Below are positions 57,095-64,000 of a DNA stretch of 64,000 bases, piece by piece. Numbering within the stretch: position 1 is the stretch's first letter; every line of letters starts with the position of its first letter. Origin of the DNA: an uncultured Candidatus Rokubacteria bacterium (GTDB lineage Bacteria > Methylomirabilota > Methylomirabilia > Rokubacteriales > CSP1-6); assembly GCA_963754315.1 (NCBI GenBank), contig CAVWFS010000011.1, positions 1-64,000 of the forward strand. Direction: 5' to 3'. The position numbers and the translations under genes were made by a program. The notes below the pieces were generated by a model. It was not told the origin of the DNA. It saw only the letters and a program-made list of their open reading frames with translations, and made no database searches.

Positions 57095-58711
57095 TCACAC
57101 ACCGAGGGCCGCGCCGTCGGCCCGTGGGTCGGACCCGCCCACGAGGGCGTCCTCGTCTAGGCGGATCACATGCGCGTGCCCCATGAGGTCGCTCCACGCT
57201 TCGACCAGACGCACCTCGTGGCCACGTGCCGCGAGGGAGGCGACCACCTCGGGCGCGAAGCGCGCTTCGAGACGGAGCGCTTTCGTCTCTTCTCCCCACG
57301 TGCGGCCTAAGAGCCAGCGCGGAGCCTCGACGGCCGCCTGCGGGCCAAGGCCGCGGTGGAGGATGCGCGTGAGCAGGGCGGCCTGCGTCTGAGGCTGTCC
57401 CTCGCCTCCCATGGTCCCGTAGACGAGACGCGGCCGGCCGTCGACCAGATACATCGAGGGAATCAAGGTGTGCGCCGTGCGTTTGCGGGGGGCAAGCCGG
57501 TTCGGATGGCCGGGATCGAGCGAGAAAAACGCCCCACGATTCTGGAGGAGCACGCCGGTGTCGCCGGCCACGAAGCCGGCGCCGAACTCGTGGTAGAGGC
57601 TCTGGATGAGGGACACGGCGTTACCGTTCGCGTCGGCGGCCACGATGGCCACCGTGTCACCCTCGGCGGGCGGTCCCGCGCCCGCGAGGGCGGCGCGCCG
57701 GGAAATTCGCCGTCGGCGCTGGGCCAGGCGCTCCCCATCGAGGCAGCGCGCGACGGGCACCGGCTCGACCGTGGGGTCTGTGAGATAGCGGTCGCGGTCC
57801 TCGAAGGCGATCTTGGTCGCCTCCACGATCATGTGAACGTAGTCGTCCTCGGGGAGTGTGGCCAGATCGAAGGGGCCGAGCAGACCCAGGATGGCGAGCG
57901 CGGCGAAGCCTTGCGTCGGAGGCGGAAGACTGGTCGCCTCGCCCCCGCCGTACGGTACGCGCAACGGTTCAACCCAGTCGGCACGGTGCGCGGCAAGATC
58001 CTCCGGTGACAGCGGGCTGCCCGCCTCCCGGGCCGCTCGCACGAGCCGCCGCCCGATATCACCCCGGTAGAACTCGTCGATGCCGCCCTCGACGAGGCGG
58101 GTCAAGGTCCGGGCCAGGTCGCGCTGCACGAAGCGCTCGTCGGTGAGCCGGTCGGGATGAAAGAGCGGCCACAGGGTCTGCCGCACCTCGACTGCCGCCG
58201 ACTCGTCGAACAGCGCAGGCACGGAGGCGGTGACTCGACGCTGTCCCGCCGACGGGGTGAAGCCCTCGCGCGCATGGTGAATCGCGGGCCGCAGCAGATC
58301 GGCCCAGCTGATGGAGGATCCCATGCGATCGACGCTGTAGCGATGCGCTTCCCACCAGCCCGAGACCACTCCCGGCACCGTCAGCGCGGCCGGACCGCCC
58401 CGGACCGGGATGGCCGCGCCGTAACGCGACCGATAGGTGTCGATGTCGGCCGCGGCGGCTGAGCGGCCCGCCGCGTTGAGTCCGAGCAAGGTTGCCTGCC
58501 GAGCGTCGTAGATGAGCCAGAAATTGTCCCCACCGACGCCGTTCATGTGGGGGTAGACCACGGCGATGGTGGTGGCGGCCGCCAGCGCTGCGTCCAGAGC
58601 GTTGCCGCCGCGCTCCAGAATGTCGCGGCCCGCGTCCGAAGCAAGTCGATGAGGAGTCGCCACGAGACCGCGCGTGGCGCGCGCCTCCGGCCAGCGGGTG
58701 GGCAAGCTCAC
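57095..58711 (-). CDS. ggt: gamma-glutamyltransferase family protein
   Basis: GGNALDAA, GVGGDNF, GDTVAI (Thr nucleophile), QNRG, HTLIP and GGEGQPQ motifs. Confidence 0.93.
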   Translation of the reverse strand: MSLPTRWPEARATRGLVATPHRLASDAGRDILERGGNALDAALAAATTIAVVYPHMNGVGGDNFWLIYDARQATLLGLNAAGRSAAAADIDTYRSRYGAAIPVRGGPAALTVPGVVSGWWEAHRYSVDRMGSSISWADLLRPAIHHAREGFTPSAGQRRVTASVPALFDESAAVEVRQTLWPLFHPDRLTDERFVQRDLARTLTRLVEGGIDEFYRGDIGRRLVRAAREAGSPLSPEDLAAHRADWVEPLRVPYGGGEATSLPPPTQGFAALAILGLLGPFDLATLPEDDYVHMIVEATKIAFEDRDRYLTDPTVEPVPVARCLDGERLAQRRRRISRRAALAGAGPPAEGDTVAIVAADANGNAVSLIQSLYHEFGAGFVAGDTGVLLQNRGAFFSLDPGHPNRLAPRKRTAHTLIPSMYLVDGRPRLVYGTMGGEGQPQTQAALLTRILHRGLGPQAAVEAPRWLLGRTWGEETKALRLEARFAPEVVASLAARGHEVRLVEAWSDLMGHAHVIRLDEDALVGGSDPRADGAALGV

Positions 58712-58751
58712 GCGTCCATCATACATAGCGTCTCCTGTTACTATCGGGCGG

Positions 58752-59789
58752 ATGCTGCAGACCACGATCGCCGGAAGTCTGCCCAAGCCCTCGTGGCTGG
58801 CCGAGCCCGAACGCCTGTGGGCTCCCTGGCAAATGTCGGGCAACGCGCTGACGGCCGCCCAGCGCGACGCGGTGCTGGTCGCCCTCAAGGAGCAGGAGGC
58901 GGCGGGCATCGACATCGTGACGGATGGAGAGCAGTCCCGGCAGCACTTTGTCCACGGTTTCCTGGAGAGGCTCGAGGGCATCGACTTCGGTCGGCGCGTC
59001 ACCATCGGCATCCGCGCCGATCGCTATCGGGCGGAGGTCCCGACGGTGACGGGTCGGATTAGCCGGTCTACCCCGGTGCACCTGGACGAGGTGCGCTGGG
59101 CACGCGCTCACACCGAGCGGCCCCTGAAGTTCACGCTTCCCGGACCCATGACCATCGTGGACACCTTGGCCGACGATCACTATCGGGATCGGGCGGCCCT
59201 GGCCATGGCGTTCGCGCGCGTTCTCAACGAGGAAGCGCGCGACCTGGTGGCGGCCGGGGTCGACATCATCCAGTTCGACGAACCGGCCTTCAACGTGTAC
59301 ATGGACGACGTGGCAGCCTGGGGTCTCGAGGCTTTGCAGCGCGCGGCCGCCGGACTCTCCTGCCGAACGGCCGTTCACATCTGCTACGGGTACGGGATCA
59401 AGGCCAACGTCGACTGGAAAGGGACCCTCGGCCCGGAGTGGCGCCAGTACGAGCGGACGTTTCCCCTCCTCGCGCGCAGCGCCATCGATCAGATCTCCCT
59501 GGAATGCGCAGGCTCGCGGGTGCCGCCCTCCTTGCTCGGCCTGCTGGCCGGCAAGGACGTGCTGGTTGGCGTGATCGACGTGGCCACCCTCGAAGTCGAG
59601 AGCCCCGAGCAGGTTGCTGCCGTCATTCGGGAAGCCCTAGGCTTCGTGCAGCCCGACCGTCTGTATCCCTGCACCAACTGCGGCATGGTGCCGTTGCCGC
59701 GCGAAGTGGCGCGGGCCAAGTTGCGAGCCCTCGGCGAGGGAGCCCGACTTGCCCGCCGCGATCTCGAACGTGCCGCCCATCATCCCTGA
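58752..59789 (+). CDS. core cobalamin-independent methionine synthase (MesD-like)
   Basis: AGSLPKPSWLAEPERLWAPW, DGEQSRQHFV, LPGPMT, QFDEPAFN, HICYGYG and TNCGM motifs. Confidence 0.88.
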   Translation: MLQTTIAGSLPKPSWLAEPERLWAPWQMSGNALTAAQRDAVLVALKEQEAAGIDIVTDGEQSRQHFVHGFLERLEGIDFGRRVTIGIRADRYRAEVPTVTGRISRSTPVHLDEVRWARAHTERPLKFTLPGPMTIVDTLADDHYRDRAALAMAFARVLNEEARDLVAAGVDIIQFDEPAFNVYMDDVAAWGLEALQRAAAGLSCRTAVHICYGYGIKANVDWKGTLGPEWRQYERTFPLLARSAIDQISLECAGSRVPPSLLGLLAGKDVLVGVIDVATLEVESPEQVAAVIREALGFVQPDRLYPCTNCGMVPLPREVARAKLRALGEGARLARRDLERAAHHP

Positions 59790-59816
59790 GTAGACGATCA
59801 TGCGCGAGGGTAGCTG

Positions 59817-62613
59817 ATGCACGGTGATCCCAAAGACATCGACCAGCCGTGGTGGTCTCCCGAGGGAGCACGTGTGCCTCTGGGCGCGCCCTTCCGTCCC
59901 GGCCTCGATCCGCTGCCCGCATACCAGGAAACGTGGGCAGTCGTGAAGGATCGCTGGGGGCGCCCCGCGCACGGCGATCCCCGGGACGCGCTGCGGCGGG
60001 TGATCAGCCGAGTGCCGTCCCTCGGGCCCAACGATGCTCTCGGCTACGTCCTCTACGCCGGACTCACCTACAACACGGTCTTCGCGGCCCGCGGCGTGCC
60101 GATTTCCGTCTTCGACCTCCACGACCAGGACCTGCATGTACCGGGCAGCGGGGCCGTGGTGATGGTGGCGGCCCTCGGAGCCGAGACGGCGCGCCAGGGC
60201 CGGCTCCACGTCGGTGAACTGCGGGTCGTCTATCCCGGGGTCTCCGATCTTGCTGTCGCCGCGCGCGGGTGACGATCCCATGCACGCCGACTTCAAAATC
60301 CAGGGCTACGAAACCCCCGACGGCACCTTCGCCCAGTTCGTGCGCGTACAGGCGCCGGCCTTGCTCGCGCATTCGACCCGATTGACCTTGGCCGAGGGCG
60401 CTTCGTTCATGCTCGACCTGGAAACGGTGTTCAAGGCGCTTTACGACGTCGCCGCCGTCCAGACAGGCGAGCGCGTCTTCGTCGAAGGCGCGGCGGGCGG
60501 TACCGGGCTGTACGCGGTGGCCTGCGCCGTGCTCCGCGGGGCCCGGGTAACCGGGCTCGTCTCCACCGAGGACAAGGGCGCCCTGATTCGCGCTCGGGGC
60601 GCGGCGGCGTTCGTGAATCGCACGTGGCCGGATCTGCAGGGTGTCTTCACGATGGTGCCGCTCGATCCCTCGGCCTGGAGATCGTGGCAGGCGAGGGGCG
60701 AGCCTCTGCAGGCCCTTGTGCGCCAGGCGAACGACGGGGAGCTCGTCGACGTGGTCGTCTCCTCGGTCGGCCGCGACCTGTTCGGACGCATGATCGACCT
60801 GCTGGGTCCGGGAGGCCGCCTGGTGTTCTACGGGGCCACGACGGGATACACGCTCGCATTTCTCGGCAAGCCGGGCAGCAGCTCGGCCCGCGAGATGTAC
60901 CGGCGCGCCGACTTGCGGCCCCACGAGGGTGTGGTGGTCCACCGAGCTGACCTCGTCGACCCGATCGGCGACGATGCGATCGAAGCGGCCCTGGCCACCG
61001 GAGCGCGTGTGGTGGCAGTCACCAGAGACTGACGCGCAGGCTGCTGCGCTCGGGCGCGTTTCGCTCTGCGCGGAGTGGTCAGCCTGGAGACTCTGGTCCA
61101 GAGCGCTGGCCTGCGCTGGCCCGACGCGATGCCCGACTACGATCACGACCCCGAAGGCTATCGCGCCTACCAGGAGTCTACCTTGAAGCCATTCGGGCAG
61201 GCCGTCGGTCGGCTGCTGGCGACACCTGACAATCCCCGTGGCCATCCGGACCTGATCGTGGAGCGCGCGGGGCAGGACACCCTCGGCATCAGCACGTTCA
61301 TCGCGCGCCCCCATGGGGGGCGCATCGTGTACCTGGAGGCCAGCGCGGGCCGCCGCTTCTCGTTTTACGCGCCGAACGTCTGGATGCACCAGAAGCACAT
61401 CCTGTTCCCAACCTTTGCCATCCTGGGTAGCCACCTCTCGAATGCCCACCAGGCAGCCGAAATCGTCCAGCTCATCGATGGTGGAGCCCTCCGGGTTCAC
61501 GCTCCGGGGATTCACGCCTGGGAGGACCTGGCCGAGGCGAACCAGGCTATCCATGACAATCGGCATACCGGAACCTTGGCCGTCCGGGTCGGCGCTGCCG
61601 CTGCGCTCGACGATGCCCGCACGGCCCGGCAGGTGTACGAGGCCTGGGGGTCGCGCTTCATCGATGCTCCCACCGTGCGTGTGCGGATCGACCCCGTGCG
61701 GCCGGGGTTCCCCGACCTCGTGGCGCTGGTGACGATCGACTCACCGCCCGCCAACGCGCTCGGGAGTACCACGTTCGACGACCTCGAGCGGGCCCTGGAG
61801 GCGCTCGAGGCGGAGTCGGCTCTGCGTGCGGTTGTCTTGACGGGAGCGGGGGCGATGTTCGTGGCCGGGGCAGACATCCGGCAGCTTCGCGCGCTGTCGT
61901 GCGCCGCCGACGTCGAGGCGTTCGCCCGGCGCGCCCAGCGCCTGTTCATGCGGATCGCAAGCGCGAAGGCGCCGTTCATCGCCGCCGTGGATGGCTACGC
62001 CCTGGGTGGGGGCAACGAGCTTTCGATGGCGTGCGCATACCGGGTGGCCTCCGCGCGCGCGGAGCTCGGGCAGCCTGAGATCAACCTGCACGTCATTCCC
62101 GGCTTCGGTGGCACCCAGATGCTGCCACGCCTCGCCATCCAGCGGGCCCGAGAGGGTCGCGGGCAGATGTTTACCTTACTCGCCGAGGCCTTGGCCGTTC
62201 TGCTCGACGGGCGTCGCCGCTCGGCGGCCGCCGCCCATCAGCTGGGATTCGTCGACCTCGTGGCGCCAGCCGATGCGCTCTCGCACGCGCTCGGCATCGC
62301 CCGGCGTGTCGCCCGGGGCGAGTTCGAGGGCCGGCTCGCCTCACCGCTCACCGAACGCGAAACCGTCGCCTTCCCCAACGTCGAGCGGGATCCTGACCTG
62401 CAGCGAATCCTGGCCCACCACGCGCACATCCCACGGGCAGCGGCGGCACAGGCCATCATGGACGTGGTGCGGGTGGGCCTCACCAAGGGACTCGAAGTCG
62501 GCCTGGCCGAGGAGGCGCGCGTGTTCGGCCATTTGATCGCGTCGCCCGATGGGCGCGCGGGGCTCGATCGCTTCCTGGCCCGTCGCTCGCTTCCGCTACC
62601 GCTCCGGCGCTGA
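59817..62613 (+). CDS. frameshifted fusion: acrylyl-CoA/enoyl-CoA reductase (MDR) plus C-terminal enoyl-CoA hydratase, propionyl-CoA synthase-like
   Basis: Segments 59817-~60250, ~60250-61030 and 61075-62613 carry contiguous motifs: GDDPMHADFKIQGYETP, FVEGAAGGTG, FYAPNVWMHQK, FVAGADIRQL, ALGGGNEL, GQPEINL...PGFGGTQ. Confidence 0.8.
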
Positions 62614-64000
62614 CTCGGGTCCGACGACTACGCCGTACCACTCGCGTGCCTTCTCGACGGAGAGGTAGCCCAGTGCGACGTCGCGGGCGATCAGCGCGGG
62701 ATCGCGCTCACGCGGGTCGCCGTACCCCCCGGAGCCGGAGACGCGAAAACTGACGAGGTCGCCCCGCTCCAGAGGGTAGATGCCCTTCGAGTGCAGGACC
62801 TGCTCCTGGGGGGTGTCGGGGTTCAAGATGGTCGCGCCCACGGCGGCCGAGCGTCCTCCGAAGAGGCCAGGCGGTGGAAAGCGGTGTCGGTCCGAGAGGT
62901 TGGAGACTTGTCCCTTCTCGCCAAGGAAGCGGATGTCCTTGCGGAGGCCCGCACTGCCGCGGAACTTCCCGGCGCCCGAGGTGTCGCGCATCAGCTCGAG
63001 CCGTTCCACCAGGATCGGATAGTTGCTCTCGTTCACTTCGACCGGGATGTTCTCGAGGTTGAACGAGCCGCAGACCGCCTCCGCGCCGTCTTTATGCGGC
63101 CGGGCTCCCATGCCACCGACGATGATGTCGTAGTAGACGAAGCGGCGTCCACGGGCGGGATCGAAGCCCGCGAAGATGGGGTTCGCCCAGTGAGAGGAGG
63201 CGGCGATGACCCGGTCGGGCACGGCCTGAGCCAGCGCCTGCAGGATGACGTCCACGATGCGCTGCTGCATGACGGCCCTGGCGCCGGCCGCCGCCGGCGG
63301 CCGAGCGTTGAAGAGCGAGCCCTCCGGGGCGCGCGCCCGGATGGGACGCATGGTGCCCGCATTCTGGGGAATCGTGTGCTGGACCAGGGCCGATTTCACC
63401 GTGTGCCACGTGTAGGCAAGCGTGTAGTTGAACGCGCTGTTCATGCCCGAGGACGTCTGGGGGCTCGATCCCGTGAAGTCGACGGTGATCTCGTCGGCCT
63501 CCACCACCACGGTCACGAACACCCGGAGAGGATCGGTGTTGCGCCCGCAGTCGTCGTAGAAATCCTCCGCCTGATAGCGCCCGGGACGCACCGTCCGGAT
63601 GGCCGCCCGCATCTCCCGCTCCGAGTGGGCGAGGATCTCCTCCCAGGCACCGAGCACGGTATCGGTGCCATAGCGATCGAACAGCTCGAGCAGGCGGCGT
63701 TCGCCGACGCGCCCCGAGTTGCGCATGGCCTTCAGATCACCTTCCACGATGTCGGGCATGCGCACGTTCCCCGTGATCAGGCGCATGACTTCTCGGTTGA
63801 CCTCACCGGCTCGCCACAGCTTGCAGGGCAGGACCCGGATGCCCTCCTGGTAGAACTCCGTCACGCCTTCCACGGCCTGGGAACCGGCCGCCGCACCTCC
63901 CACGTCCACCTGATGGGCGCAATTCACCACGTAGCCCACGAGCTGGTCGCGATGAAACACCGGGGTGGTGAGGAAGAAATCCGGCAGATGGCCGGAACCC
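62596..64000 (-). CDS. hydantoinase B/oxoprolinase family protein (5' end beyond the window)
   Basis: HQVDVGG, YQEGIR, DFTGSSPQ, GAGKFRG and GSGGYGDP motifs. Confidence 0.93.
   Translation of the reverse strand, partial: GSGHLPDFFLTTPVFHRDQLVGYVVNCAHQVDVGGAAAGSQAVEGVTEFYQEGIRVLPCKLWRAGEVNREVMRLITGNVRMPDIVEGDLKAMRNSGRVGERRLLELFDRYGTDTVLGAWEEILAHSEREMRAAIRTVRPGRYQAEDFYDDCGRNTDPLRVFVTVVVEADEITVDFTGSSPQTSSGMNSAFNYTLAYTWHTVKSALVQHTIPQNAGTMRPIRARAPEGSLFNARPPAAAGARAVMQQRIVDVILQALAQAVPDRVIAASSHWANPIFAGFDPARGRRFVYYDIIVGGMGARPHKDGAEAVCGSFNLENIPVEVNESNYPILVERLELMRDTSGAGKFRGSAGLRKDIRFLGEKGQVSNLSDRHRFPPPGLFGGRSAAVGATILNPDTPQEQVLHSKGIYPLERGDLVSFRVSGSGGYGDPRERDPALIARDVALGYLSVEKAREWYGVVVGPESAPER

Noticed and set aside
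61030..61032. In-frame TGA as selenocysteine or read-through
   Set aside because: The shifted frame gives the more protein-like TDAQAAALGRV, so compensating indels explain it better; no catalytic Cys is expected here

Overview
This is a GC-rich bacterial window. The gene content (several orphan ABC_sub_bind-type substrate-binding paralogs, a cyclase-TPR fragment, characteristic small hypothetical proteins) suggests Ca. Rokubacteria/Methylomirabilota, which is an inference. About 1-9.6 kb is accessory: a truncated tyrosine integrase, small phage/ICE-like ORFs and three tandem orphan SBP genes. One SBP gene is split by an essentially full-length group II intron (6639-8633/8634) whose EBS1 pairs perfectly with the flanking exon. 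Next come a cysteine synthase, a class IV aminotransferase and tRNA-Asp, followed by a decayed integrase and island-like cargo (DinB, BrnTA). From 16.5 kb onward the window is mostly transport and metabolism. It contains a Pot-type ABC system, an LLM/RidA/Liv/TIGR04076 cluster and an ATPase-less metal ABC pair. It also has a formamidase-family enzyme, a fluoroacetate dehalogenase-like hydrolase, PhoD, ExeA/GspB, dUTPase, a protease cluster, a pentaheme cytochrome, VapBC, GGT, a MesD-like methionine synthase and HyuB. Three observations stand out: (1) the intron appears adapted to the conserved FELVINLK motif of a multicopy SBP family; (2) a propionyl-CoA-synthase-like reductase+dehydratase fusion has its domain order permuted and no ligase domain; (3) a membrane protein joins an exported trypsin domain to rhodanese and cNMP-binding domains. 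Several single-base indels may be assembly errors. No CRISPR array or rRNA was seen. All family calls come from motif recognition by eye; no database search was run.
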